DNA from: an uncultured Deinococcaceae bacterium
Lineage (GTDB): Bacteria > Deinococcota > Deinococci > Deinococcales > Deinococcaceae
NCBI GenBank assembly: GCA_964252075.1
Contig: CAXULY010000020.1
Coordinates: forward strand, 26,776 to 90,775
Direction of reading: 5' to 3'
DNA length: 64,000 nt
Shown here piece after piece: positions 18,034 through 27,948 of the stretch; position 1 is the first letter of the stretch, and the number at the start of each line of letters is the position of its first letter. The notes under the pieces are model-generated. The model did not search any database. It saw only the letters and a program-made list of their open reading frames with translations, and had not been told where the DNA came from. The position numbers and the translations under genes are program-made.

Positions 18034-19056
18034 ATGCACTACCGAACCCTCGGCCGCACCGGCGTCCAGGTCAGCACGCTGTCCCTCGGCGCCATGAATT
18101 TCGGCCAGATCGGCCGCACCACCCAGGCCGAAGCCACCGCCATGGTGGACGCCGCCCTCGACGCAGGCATCAATCTGATCGACACCGCCGACGCCTACCG
18201 CGACTCCGAAGACCTCGTCGGCAAGGCCATCGTCGGACGCCGCGACGACCTCATCCTTGCCACCAAAGTCACCCTCCCGACCAGCGACGAACGCAACCAT
18301 CAGGGCAGCTCCCGCCGTTGGATCTATACGCAGATTGACCACAGCCTGCGCCGCCTCGGCGTCGATCACATCGACCTCTACCAGATCCACCGCTGGGACC
18401 CCACCACCAGCGACGAAGAGACCCTGTCGGCGCTCACCGACCTGCAGCGCGCTGGCAAAATCCGGTACTTCGGGTCCTCGACCTTCCCTGCCCACCGCAT
18501 CGTGCAGGCACAATGGGCGGCGCAAGCCAACCACCTGAGCCGTTACGTGACCGAGCAGCCCGGCTATTCCATCCTCCAACGCGCGGCCGAGACGCACGTT
18601 CTGCCCGTCACCGAGCAGTACGGCATGGGCGTGCTGGTGTGGAGCCCCCTCGCGTCCGGCTGGCTGACCGGCGCCATCCGCGCGGGCCAGGCCGTCACCA
18701 CCAACCGCTCGACCTTCATGCCGCAGCGCTTCGACCTGACCATGCCCTCGAACCGCGCCAAGCTCGACGCCGTTGAACAGCTGGCGCACATCGCGGACGA
18801 AGCGGGACTCACCCTGATCCAGCTCGCCCTCGGCTTCGTGAATGCACACCCGGCCGTCACGAGCGCGCTCATCGGCCCGCGCACCATGGCGCACCTGCAC
18901 AGCCAGCTCGCCGCGGCGGATACGGTGCTGTCGAACGATGTCCTTGACGCCATCGACCAGGTGGTCGCACCCGGCACGGACCTCGCGCCTGAAGAGAAGC
19001 ACGACGCGCCGCCCTCCCTGCTCCACGCAGCGCTGCGCCGCCGAACAGGCGCCTGA
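18034..19056 (+). CDS. Aldo/keto reductase
   Basis: LGRTGVQVS, GINLIDTADAY, LATK, IDLYQIHR, WSPLASG. Confidence 0.95.
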   Translation: MHYRTLGRTGVQVSTLSLGAMNFGQIGRTTQAEATAMVDAALDAGINLIDTADAYRDSEDLVGKAIVGRRDDLILATKVTLPTSDERNHQGSSRRWIYTQIDHSLRRLGVDHIDLYQIHRWDPTTSDEETLSALTDLQRAGKIRYFGSSTFPAHRIVQAQWAAQANHLSRYVTEQPGYSILQRAAETHVLPVTEQYGMGVLVWSPLASGWLTGAIRAGQAVTTNRSTFMPQRFDLTMPSNRAKLDAVEQLAHIADEAGLTLIQLALGFVNAHPAVTSALIGPRTMAHLHSQLAAADTVLSNDVLDAIDQVVAPGTDLAPEEKHDAPPSLLHAALRRRTGA

Positions 19057-19351
19057 ACCTGGCCGACGGGCAGCACCACGCCCTTCGCGGAGGCATCAAT
19101 GGGCGGTGCGGGAAGCGCCGCGCTACCCCCCTGCTCGGCAGCTTGGCGTATCGCGTCAGCCTTCAGGGCTGATCCACCAGAACGAGATCTGACCCCGCAC
19201 CACGCCCATCGCAACGGCGCTCGTGCATCACTATGACCGCCGCCGGGCCGCCTCGCGTTCGTGGACCTGGGGTGTTGGTTGTACGGCCGGGGAACGGGGT
19301 GCGGCTGGTGGATTCGCGGGGCGCGATGTGCGGTGCGCTCCCAAAGCGCGA

Positions 19352-19420
19352 GCGCTGCCAAGCGACACCATTCCCTGTCTGCGGTGACCTACGGGGTTCG
19401 AATCCGTCCTGCAGGCGCCA
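19352..19420 (+). tRNA. Possible degenerate tRNA-Asp(GTC)-like remnant
   Basis: CCCT-GTC at 19373-79, GGTTCGAATCC T-loop, 3' end GGC-G-CCA; stems imperfect. Confidence 0.4.
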
Positions 19421-19901
19421 CGAGCCCGCGCTCTGCCGCGACACCAAGGCCAACGAGATCATTGTCGCGGCCCGTCCCGCGCGGCACGGCGGACATGCGG
19501 CGTGCGCCATCTGATCCAGCACACATGTGGCGCACACCACCCGGCTCCCTCGGAAAGCAAGCGGTGAGGGGCGCTCGCAACGGCGCCATGGAACGCGCTG
19601 CCCTGACGTTCTCCTCGAACGTCTGCGAATCTGCTGGGGCGACAATGGCTGAAGGTCGATCCCTCACCAGTCGTTAAGTGGAGATCGACCACGGCCACTG
19701 CATGTTGGGCTTCAAGATCGCGAAGTACAGTGTCCCCACGGCTCCTGCTGGTGCATTGGGCGGTGCCATCACCGCTTCGGATCAAGCCACGGATGTCGTC
19801 GTCACGGTCAAGACTGCCCAGCACACCTTTGTAAACGGCCGGGAACGACCGCTGTATGTATGCGCGGGGCGCAACGCCCTGGGCGCACCTGAGGAGAAGA
19901 C

Positions 19902-20255
19902 ATGAGGAGACTGCTGATCCCGCCTGCCCTCGCCCTGACGCTCGCCGCCTGTGGCGCCCAGACCCCCACGCTCAATGTCGCCGGTGGCTGGACGGGCACC
20001 ATCCAGTACTACGGTCTCACCGCCCCCGCAACGCTCCAGCTCACCCAGGCGGCCAACTCCGACACCCTGAGCGGCACGATCACCAGGAGCGGCGACTCCT
20101 TCCCGGTGACCGGCAAGGTCAGCACGGGCGTCCTCGCCTTCAACGACGGCTTCTTCACCCAGACGCTCACCGGCACCTTCACCGCCACGACATACCAGGG
20201 GACCATCGCGTACGAGGACCAGACCGGGCCCTTCAGCTTCTCCAGAACCCAGTAA
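19902..20255 (+). CDS. Small beta-rich lipoprotein
   Basis: Lipobox LAAC; GAGGAG RBS; GxWxG start of beta-barrel. Confidence 0.85.
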   Translation: MRRLLIPPALALTLAACGAQTPTLNVAGGWTGTIQYYGLTAPATLQLTQAANSDTLSGTITRSGDSFPVTGKVSTGVLAFNDGFFTQTLTGTFTATTYQGTIAYEDQTGPFSFSRTQ

Positions 20256-20298
20256 CGTCGCGGTTGACCTGATGGGCCCATGCGCCCGAGGAGAAGAC

Positions 20299-20703
20299 AT
20301 GAAGCAGCTGCTGATCCTGCCCGCACTCGCACTCACGCTCGCCGCCTGTGGCTCCACCTCCACCCCATCCGGAACCGCCCCCATCTCCATCGCGGGGACC
20401 TGGAGTGGACCCTACCGGGCTCAGGATGAGGCGGACGCGTTCCGGTTCGTCTTCACGCAGACGGGCAGCACCATCAACGGTGAGGCCTACGTCGGGGCGG
20501 CCGGCGCAGCACCTTCGACGTTCCACGACATCGGCGCGATCTATGGCACGCTCAACGGCAGTAACCTGAACTTCATCATCTCCGACAAGTACGTGCTGAA
20601 CGGGACGGTCGGCAACAACGGCAACAGCTACGTCGGCACGGTGGTCTACCTGCCCGGCACGCCCTCCGTCGACTCCGGAACGTTCAGCGTCACCCGGCAA
20701 TGA
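20299..20703 (+). CDS. Small beta-rich lipoprotein (paralogous leader)
   Basis: Lipobox LAAC; same GAGGAGAAGACATG leader as upstream gene. Confidence 0.85.
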   Translation: MKQLLILPALALTLAACGSTSTPSGTAPISIAGTWSGPYRAQDEADAFRFVFTQTGSTINGEAYVGAAGAAPSTFHDIGAIYGTLNGSNLNFIISDKYVLNGTVGNNGNSYVGTVVYLPGTPSVDSGTFSVTRQ

Positions 20704-20990
20704 GCCTTCACCCATGGATCAGGCCGCTTGTCGCTCACCCGCACCAGCAAAGGGTGAGCTCAACAGATCCGGCAGGCGGTGACAACTCACCCGCAGCAGC
20801 CCTTCAGCGGGCAACGTGATGACCGACATCACGATGGACCGCGGCCCACAAACGACGCGACGGCCATCACTGGTGCCTTCAACTTGACCGAAAGCAGGTC
20901 AGGCAGTCCTCCGGCCTGACCACCCGACGGTGATGCGCACCGCAGCCTCATTCCCCACCCACACTGCACGCCGCGACCGTAGAGTTCACC

Positions 20991-21545
20991 ATGCCCAACA
21001 ACGAGTACGCCGAACTCCTCGAGCAGAACGCCCAGATCAACATCCTCCTCAAAGAACAGGCGGAACGTGGCCTCACCACCCTCCACCGCCCACTCGAGCA
21101 GGTCGGCCTGCTGCTCGCCCGGCCTGCCTTCATTGTCACGGCCCTCGTCCTCTTCTTCGCGTGGATCGTCCTGAACCTTGACCTCAACTGGACCACGCAC
21201 AAACCCTGGGACGCCCCGCCGTTCTACTGGCTGCAGGGCCTCATCGGCCTGCTGAGCCTGGTCTTCACCGCCACGGTGCTGGTCGCGCAGGCCCGGCAGG
21301 GGCAGATTGCCGAGCAGCGCTCGCAACTTCAGCTTCAGCTGATTCTGCTGACCGAGCAGCGCAGCGCCAAGCTCATCGGGTTGATTGAGGAACTGCGACG
21401 GGACATGCCGGACGTGAGAAACCGGCATGACGCAGAGGCCCACTCCCTTCAACGGGCCAGCGAGCCGGAAGCCATCCTTGAGGCCCTCTCGACCCTGGAA
21501 GAGGGCGGGCCGACCAGCCTGCCCGATCAAGGAGGAGACCCGTGA
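20991..21545 (+). CDS. DUF1003 membrane protein
   Basis: WIVLN..PWDAPPFYWLQG..VLVAQ..EQRSAKLIGLIEELRRD. Confidence 0.85.
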   Translation: MPNNEYAELLEQNAQINILLKEQAERGLTTLHRPLEQVGLLLARPAFIVTALVLFFAWIVLNLDLNWTTHKPWDAPPFYWLQGLIGLLSLVFTATVLVAQARQGQIAEQRSQLQLQLILLTEQRSAKLIGLIEELRRDMPDVRNRHDAEAHSLQRASEPEAILEALSTLEEGGPTSLPDQGGDP

Positions 21546-22057
21546 CGCGCCCGCTAACCGTTTCCGCCGCGGGTGTCCACAGTGTGATTCCTGAATCCGG
21601 AGGTGCTGGACCACGGCGCGGACCGGTCCTCGTCGGGCCGGGAGCACGACCCATCGGTCCACTGACCAGGGTGTGGCTGCTGTGCGGCTGCTTGGGACTC
21701 GGCGATCCGTCGTGCGGCACCCGTCGCCAGTTCGAGGACCAATGCCTGAAGGCGCCGCTGCTCAGCGACTGTCTGGGGGCGCAGCGGTGGCCGTTCGCTT
21801 GTCGCTGCGGCGCCTGGGCTTCAGAGGGCGCAGCCGGGATCGAGGGGAAACGGGCGGCTGCCGTGGGTGGGCCATGTGGGTGCGGTACCGGCTCGGCGAG
21901 GCGAGACACGATGTCGCGGTACCTGCGGCGCTCAACGTCTGCGGCGCCGATCAGCGCCCGCGCGTCCTCCACGCCCTTCACGCCATCCACCCAGGGCAGC
22001 GAGGTGCGGAGGGAGGCGCGGTGCGCCTTTGAGCGGAAGACGCCCAGGCTGATCCAT

Positions 22058-25000
22058 TCAGGGGGCGGGGTTGGTCGACACACGTGGTCCGGAAGCCCTT
22101 CGACGGGCGTGGCCCTGGAGGAACCGTCGTTTCCACTCCGGGTCGGGCTCAAGGGTGGCCGCCAGGGCGCGCAGCTGCGCCTCGGCCTTTCGGCGCGCTT
22201 GCGCGGCCTCCTGGGGGCGCCCATGTTCCTCGAAGGCGTGAACCAGCGCCCAGCGCAACTCCAGTCCCTCAAGCGCCGGAACGTCCGTGCCCTCCAGCCA
22301 CGTCTGCGCGTCCCGGATGGCCTCGACGCTCAGCAGGCCCGCGGTGTGGAGCGCCTCGAGTCGGAGGGTCAGGGAACGGGCCCGCAGGTGCAGCACTTCA
22401 TCCGGGCGCGCCGTTGCGTCCAGCGCGGGCCCCGGCTGCCCGAGGCGCAATTGCACGTCCGCCAGCGTCAGGGTCAGATCCCGCTGCTCCGCGAAATACA
22501 TCAGGTGCCCCAGCGCCTGCGCCCGCTTCAGGTGCTCCATCGCGACTTCCAGGTCACCGCGCTGCAGTGCGCAGCGGGCCAGGCCAGTCTCCAGGACTGG
22601 GATCTGTGACCGCAGGGCATCGTGAGGCATGCTGACCAGGGCCCGCTGGAAGTGGGCGGCGGCTCCCTCCGCGTCCCCGAGGGCCAGTTGGGTCAGTGCC
22701 TCGTATCGGCGGGCCACCAGGAGCATCTCCTGCGAGCCGTGACGCTCGGCCGCGGTCGTCGCCGCCCTCGCGACCTTCAGGCTTTCCCCCAGCGCTCCAC
22801 CCTGTTGCAGCGCCCGCGCGCGGTACATCTCAAGGCCCACCGCGCAACCCCGGTTGCGAATGCCCGCGTTGAGTTCGACCGCCGCCCTGTACCGCTCCAG
22901 GCTCCGCCTGAACAGGCCCCGTTGCGAGTCCAGCCACATCATCGAGTACACCGCGAGGAGCGCCCTGGAACGGTCCCCAATCTCCTCTGCGGTGCTCAGG
23001 GCCTGTTGCAGGGCATCGTGCGCTGTGGCGTACTCGCCCAGGGCAATCCCAACGCGACCGATGCCGGTCAGGGCGCTGGCCTCGCCCCCCCGGTCACCCG
23101 CCACGCGGTAGCCTTCCAGACTGGCCCTGTTGTGCGCCTGGGCCAGCAGGAAATCGCCGCGAATCATGGCGCAGATCCGGCCGCCGGCGTGGGCGTCCGC
23201 CTTCAGCGATGGCGGTGCGGCGTCGAGGGCCGTGACCTGGCCGAACCAGGCTTCGGCCGGCCCGATCTCATCCAGACGCAGCAGGGCTTCTGCGCCGCTG
23301 GACAGCGCGCGCGCGCGGGTGATGGGAGACAGGGCCGGATGGTCCAGCAGCTCCCTGGACAGGCGGGCCGCTTCTGCGAATTGAAACAGGTCGTTGAGCC
23401 AGGCCAGCCGCCTCAACCCGGCCTCAAGGATTAGCGCCGGCTGGTTCAGGGACGTGGCCAGGGACGTCAGGGTTTCCAGCGTTTCACCACGCTGACCGGC
23501 GTCCCCCAGCAGCCGGAACACGGTCTCGCGTTCCAGGTGAATGGCAAACGCGTCCTGACCGCTGACGCCATCGGCGAGGGCCGATTCGTACTGCGCCAGG
23601 GCCTCGGCGTGGGCATACACCTGCGCCGCGTCTTGCGCGGCCCTGACACGCCAGGGCGCGGCCTGCGTCCGCTGCCCGGCCGCCTCGAGGTGCCGGGCGA
23701 TGCGGCTGGCGGTCGCCCCAGCGCGCTCCAGGCGCTCGGCCAGCCGCCGGTGAATCAGCCGGCTGCGCTCCGGGCCGAGGCCTTGCAGCATCACCCGCCG
23801 GACCAGGTCGTGCGAGAAGCCGTAGCCCTGGGCGCTCCGCCGGGTGAGCAGACCGGCCTCCAGGAGCCGCTCCAGGGCCTCCACGGCCTCCCATTCGGAC
23901 AACGAGAGCGCGGGCATGAGGTCGTCCAGGCTGAAGCCCTCATCGGACAGGCTGGCGGCTTCCAGCAGGCGCCGGGCGGAGGGTCCGTGGTGGCTCACCC
24001 GCTGCACAATGGCGTCCCGGACGCTGTCCGGCAGGGGCAGTTCGGAGTGGTCGGTGGTGGACGCATCGAACGGTGTGCTCCACCGCCCATCTGCGCCCTG
24101 ATGAAGCACCTGCAGCTCGAACAAATGCCGCAGGCTTTCCAGCAGGTACAGTGGATTGCCGGATGTGGCGGTCAACAGCCGTGTCGCAAAGTGGTGGCCG
24201 GCGTCACTGCCCGACAGCATCTGGATCAGGGTCAGCACGTCGGGAGCACGCAGGCCCTCCAGGGGCATCCGGTGGAGCGCGCCTGCTCGGTCCAGGGTCG
24301 CCAGCGCCGCCGAGAGGGTGGCCTGACCGGCCAGTTCCTGGGGACGGGCCGTGGCGATCAGGCGCGGGCGCTGCGCGAGGGACTGCCGCACCAGATGCAT
24401 CAACAGCTCCACCGTCATCGGGTCGGCCCAGTGAAGGTCGTCGAAGACCAGCACGCCTTGCGGCCCCACCACCCACATCAGGGCCTGGGCCACCCCGCTC
24501 AGGAAGCGGGCGCGCCCGTCCGCTGGGAGCATGTCGGGCGGCGACGGGGCCAGCTCGGGGACCAGCCGGGCCACCTCCGCCCGCCATGGGGGATTCAGCG
24601 TGGCCATCCGTTCGGCGGTCTTGGGATTCGCCAGGGCCGTTCTCAGGGCCTCGGCCACCGGATACAGGGGCGTGCCGAGCGAGATTTCAAAGGCGCGCAG
24701 GTGAAGCGACGTCCCGAAGGTCGTGGCGAAGGCTTCGGCGAGGCGGCTCTTCCCGATGCCCGGCTCTCCGGTCACGAGGGTGAGCGCAGCAGTGGCGCGC
24801 TGGAGTGCGGTCCATTCGGCGCGGCGCCCGATCAGCGGCAGGCCCGGGACGCGCGGGAGGTGACGGGTGGGCGCCGCCGTGTCCGGACTGGCCGCCATGG
24901 GCTCCCGCAGGGTGCGGGTCAGCGCTTGCGTTTCCGGAAGGGGCTGCAGGCCCAGTTCGTTGTTCAGAAGCTGTGCGTAGGCTTCGTAGCGCCTGAGCCC

Positions 25001-25603
25001 CTCGGCGCGCTCACCCAGGAGCAGGTGGAGGCGAATGGCTTCGCGCTGGTGAACTTCCTGGAATTCGTCGTCTTCCAGCAACTGGAGCTGGACTTTCAGG
25101 GCGCCGCGCGCGTCGCCCTGACGCTCAAGCTGGGCCCCGTGACGCTGCAGGGCGTCTTTCCACATGGTGCGCAGGTCCTCACGCCGTCGGGTCAGCCAGT
25201 CCTCGAAGCCCCCGGCTCCACCCAGCTCGAACTGGGTCATCAGCGGCCCGCCGTACAGCGCGAGGGCCTCCGGAAGATCGGTGTGCGCAAGGTGCTGCTG
25301 GAACCTCGCCACGTCTGTCTGGAAGGCGAGGTTCAGGGCGACACTGTGAGGCTGGGCGTCAATCCACGGCGCGAGGGCCGAGCGTTGCAGCCGCCACAGC
25401 TCCTGCCGCAGGTTGCGCCGCGCGTCACGCTCACCCAGGTCGCTCCACAGCAGGTCCGCCAGCTGGTGGCGGTTGGTGCTCCCTTCCAGCGCCAGATAAG
25501 CGATGAGGGCCATTCCCTTGCGCACGCTGGGCGTGATGTCGCGGCCACCCAGCCGGACCGTCGGCATCCCCAGCAGCCTGATTTCGAGTTCCCCTGGCGG
25601 CAT
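22058..25603 (-). CDS. Large SARP-like activator: wHTH + BTAD + STAND/AAA ATPase + TPR
   Basis: ALIAYLAL..LADLLW, TDVARF, Walker A GEPGIGKS, Walker B FDDLHWAD, GNPLYL, FSHDL, TPR tail. Confidence 0.9.
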   Translation of the reverse strand: MPPGELEIRLLGMPTVRLGGRDITPSVRKGMALIAYLALEGSTNRHQLADLLWSDLGERDARRNLRQELWRLQRSALAPWIDAQPHSVALNLAFQTDVARFQQHLAHTDLPEALALYGGPLMTQFELGGAGGFEDWLTRRREDLRTMWKDALQRHGAQLERQGDARGALKVQLQLLEDDEFQEVHQREAIRLHLLLGERAEGLRRYEAYAQLLNNELGLQPLPETQALTRTLREPMAASPDTAAPTRHLPRVPGLPLIGRRAEWTALQRATAALTLVTGEPGIGKSRLAEAFATTFGTSLHLRAFEISLGTPLYPVAEALRTALANPKTAERMATLNPPWRAEVARLVPELAPSPPDMLPADGRARFLSGVAQALMWVVGPQGVLVFDDLHWADPMTVELLMHLVRQSLAQRPRLIATARPQELAGQATLSAALATLDRAGALHRMPLEGLRAPDVLTLIQMLSGSDAGHHFATRLLTATSGNPLYLLESLRHLFELQVLHQGADGRWSTPFDASTTDHSELPLPDSVRDAIVQRVSHHGPSARRLLEAASLSDEGFSLDDLMPALSLSEWEAVEALERLLEAGLLTRRSAQGYGFSHDLVRRVMLQGLGPERSRLIHRRLAERLERAGATASRIARHLEAAGQRTQAAPWRVRAAQDAAQVYAHAEALAQYESALADGVSGQDAFAIHLERETVFRLLGDAGQRGETLETLTSLATSLNQPALILEAGLRRLAWLNDLFQFAEAARLSRELLDHPALSPITRARALSSGAEALLRLDEIGPAEAWFGQVTALDAAPPSLKADAHAGGRICAMIRGDFLLAQAHNRASLEGYRVAGDRGGEASALTGIGRVGIALGEYATAHDALQQALSTAEEIGDRSRALLAVYSMMWLDSQRGLFRRSLERYRAAVELNAGIRNRGCAVGLEMYRARALQQGGALGESLKVARAATTAAERHGSQEMLLVARRYEALTQLALGDAEGAAAHFQRALVSMPHDALRSQIPVLETGLARCALQRGDLEVAMEHLKRAQALGHLMYFAEQRDLTLTLADVQLRLGQPGPALDATARPDEVLHLRARSLTLRLEALHTAGLLSVEAIRDAQTWLEGTDVPALEGLELRWALVHAFEEHGRPQEAAQARRKAEAQLRALAATLEPDPEWKRRFLQGHARRRASGPRVSTNPAP

Positions 25604-25821
25604 GTGACCCTCACGTCAGTATGGCCCAATCACCCTGCACCGAAGCCCACGTTTAGGCTTATCTCGCCACGAATGGGCGAAGGGCAGCCGGCGGTCAACG
25701 GCCTCGGTTCATTCGTCGCCCCGGCCTTCTGCCCAGACGGATGTCGTCCAAAGTCCCTGAGCGTTCTCGACCCCTCTGCAGGGTTTCTTATTGGTCCCCG
25801 CAGGCCTGTGGGCGCACGCCA

Positions 25822-25875
25822 GTGACGCCGCGGCCTGGGGCGGTGACGCCGGGGTGACGGCGTGATGTCTACGCT
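25822..25875 (+). promoter_or_regulatory. SARP-type activated promoter (GTGACG direct repeats + -10 TACGCT)
   Basis: GTGACG at 25822, 25843 and 25854 (21/11 spacing); TACGCT at 25870; divergent from BTAD gene. Confidence 0.65.
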
Positions 25876-25926
25876 CCTTGCAGCTTCGGGGCTGAATGTC
25901 GGCCCCCTACCCGCAAGGAGTGACCC

Positions 25927-27948
25927 ATGAACCGGAATCTGATTGGTACCGCCCTGATGCTGAGCCTTGGCCTCGCCGCCTGCAGCGCACCCACCCCCAC
26001 CCCGACGCCCAGTCCCGTGGGGGCGCCCGTGCCCGCCACCGACTTTGACTTCAGCGTCACGCCCACCTCCGTCGCCGTGCAGGCCCAGGGCGCGGCTGAA
26101 CTGAGCGCCGCGCTGACCCGCCGTGGTGGCTTCGCCGACCCCGTGACGCTCACCCTCCTCAATCCGCCCGCCGGCCTGAGTGCAGCGGCCGTCACGGTCC
26201 CGGCGGGGGCCAGCGCCGCCACCCTCACCCTGAAGGCCAGCAGCGCCAGCGTGCCGGGCGAGGACACCCTGACGTTCGCCGCGGACTCGGGCGGCCTCCA
26301 CAAAACCGTGCAGGTGAAGGTCAACGTGGCCGCCGCGCCCGTGCCCGCCGATCAGGCCGCCCTCACCCTGGTCGCCACGCACGGCAGCCTCACGCTGAAG
26401 ACGGGCCAACCCACCCCCCTCGACGTGAAAGTGACGCGCAGCCACTTCACGGGACCGGTGACGCTGCATCTGGACCACCTCCCTGCCAACGTCACGGCAG
26501 CGGACGTCGTGCTGGACGCAGGGCAGGACAGCGGCCAGCTGATCCTCACGCAGACCGGCAAGGGTGTTGCGGGCACCAGCACCATTCGCGTGCAGGCCAC
26601 CGCTGGCGTCGTCAGCGCGCAGCTGAACGTCCCCCTGACCGTTCAGAGCGTCGCGAACCCCCTGACCGTCGTGGGCACCTCACCCGTCGACGGCGCGCAG
26701 GGCGTGCCCTCCGATGCGGTCGTGGAGGCGCAGTTCTCGCGCGTTCTTCAGGAGGTCGAGGGGCAGGCGCAGACCGTCAGTGTGACCCCAGCCGTGGACA
26801 AGCTGCACTGTTTCGTCAAGCGTGACGCCGCGAATGCGCCGATGGACAGCCTGCAGTGCCAGGGGGCGTTCGTGCCCGACACCACCTACACCGTCACGCT
26901 CGGCAGCGGGATCAAAGCGGCGGACGGCGCGCCACTCGCCCAGCCGCACACCTTCAGCTTCCACACGGCGCTGGTCTTCACCGTACCGCCGTTCGGGGAC
27001 CTCACGCCGCCCACAGTCACCGATTTCACGCCGGTGAACGGCCGTGTGGGCGTGGAGCACGGTCCGCTGAGCATCACCGTGAACTTCAGTGAGCCGATGA
27101 ACCGGGCGGCGACGCAGAACGCCTTTCAGCTGGTCGTGCCGAACGTGACGGACAGCCAGAAGGGCTTCAGCTGGAACGCCTCCAGCACGGTCATGACCAT
27201 GACGTACAAGGAGGTCCTGCCGTACGGCACCACCGTGATCTGGGGCATGAGTAACGCCGCCACGGACCTGGCGGGCAACCCGCTGGCGCAGGCCCTCAAC
27301 GTGGGGGGCACCTACCGCCTGATGCGACAGAACACCATGAAACTGTACGGCAACAAAACCCTGAGTTTCGAGATCTCTCACCAACCGGGCGACGACGAGC
27401 TGTTGGCGCACACGGTGGGCGAATACCCCACACAAATTGGAAGGGCGCGCCTGGTCGACTTCTCAAGGTACTGGTACATGCGAGCCTTCCTTCAGTTCCC
27501 GCTGGGCGACCTGCTGGGCAGCCTTCCTTTGGGGGGCAAAATCACCAAAATCAACTCCGCGGTCCTCAACATTTATACAGCGGGCAATACCGGCAACCCG
27601 GGACTCCTCGGGCAAATGAACGCCGTGAACATCGCCACTCCATTCTTGGTTCAGGCGGGCGCCCTATGGAACGCGCCAGAGGCGAACTCGGGGCAGACCC
27701 TGCGGCACGTCTACCAAACGCCGGGACCCGCCATCGGCTACCACACGCTCGACATCACCGTGCCATTCAGCAACAACCTCAAGAACCCTGATGCCTCAGG
27801 GGGCATGTCACAGTGGCGCATCCAGCGGGAATTTGATGACAACCCGTTGAACAGCAACTTCAACCCCAACAGCACTGAGATCGGTGATCCTTCGGACAAA
27901 GACGTCAACAAGCGGCCCTTCATTCAGGTGACGTACGAATACCCCTGA
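25927..27948 (+). CDS. Surface lipoprotein with Ig-like (Big_5-type) repeats and DNRLRE/CBM96-like C-terminus
   Basis: Lipobox LAAC; VVGTSPVDGA..F, FSEPMN, ATDLAGNPL; RAFLQF..SAVLNIY..RPFIQVTYE. Confidence 0.85.
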   Translation: MNRNLIGTALMLSLGLAACSAPTPTPTPSPVGAPVPATDFDFSVTPTSVAVQAQGAAELSAALTRRGGFADPVTLTLLNPPAGLSAAAVTVPAGASAATLTLKASSASVPGEDTLTFAADSGGLHKTVQVKVNVAAAPVPADQAALTLVATHGSLTLKTGQPTPLDVKVTRSHFTGPVTLHLDHLPANVTAADVVLDAGQDSGQLILTQTGKGVAGTSTIRVQATAGVVSAQLNVPLTVQSVANPLTVVGTSPVDGAQGVPSDAVVEAQFSRVLQEVEGQAQTVSVTPAVDKLHCFVKRDAANAPMDSLQCQGAFVPDTTYTVTLGSGIKAADGAPLAQPHTFSFHTALVFTVPPFGDLTPPTVTDFTPVNGRVGVEHGPLSITVNFSEPMNRAATQNAFQLVVPNVTDSQKGFSWNASSTVMTMTYKEVLPYGTTVIWGMSNAATDLAGNPLAQALNVGGTYRLMRQNTMKLYGNKTLSFEISHQPGDDELLAHTVGEYPTQIGRARLVDFSRYWYMRAFLQFPLGDLLGSLPLGGKITKINSAVLNIYTAGNTGNPGLLGQMNAVNIATPFLVQAGALWNAPEANSGQTLRHVYQTPGPAIGYHTLDITVPFSNNLKNPDASGGMSQWRIQREFDDNPLNSNFNPNSTEIGDPSDKDVNKRPFIQVTYEYP

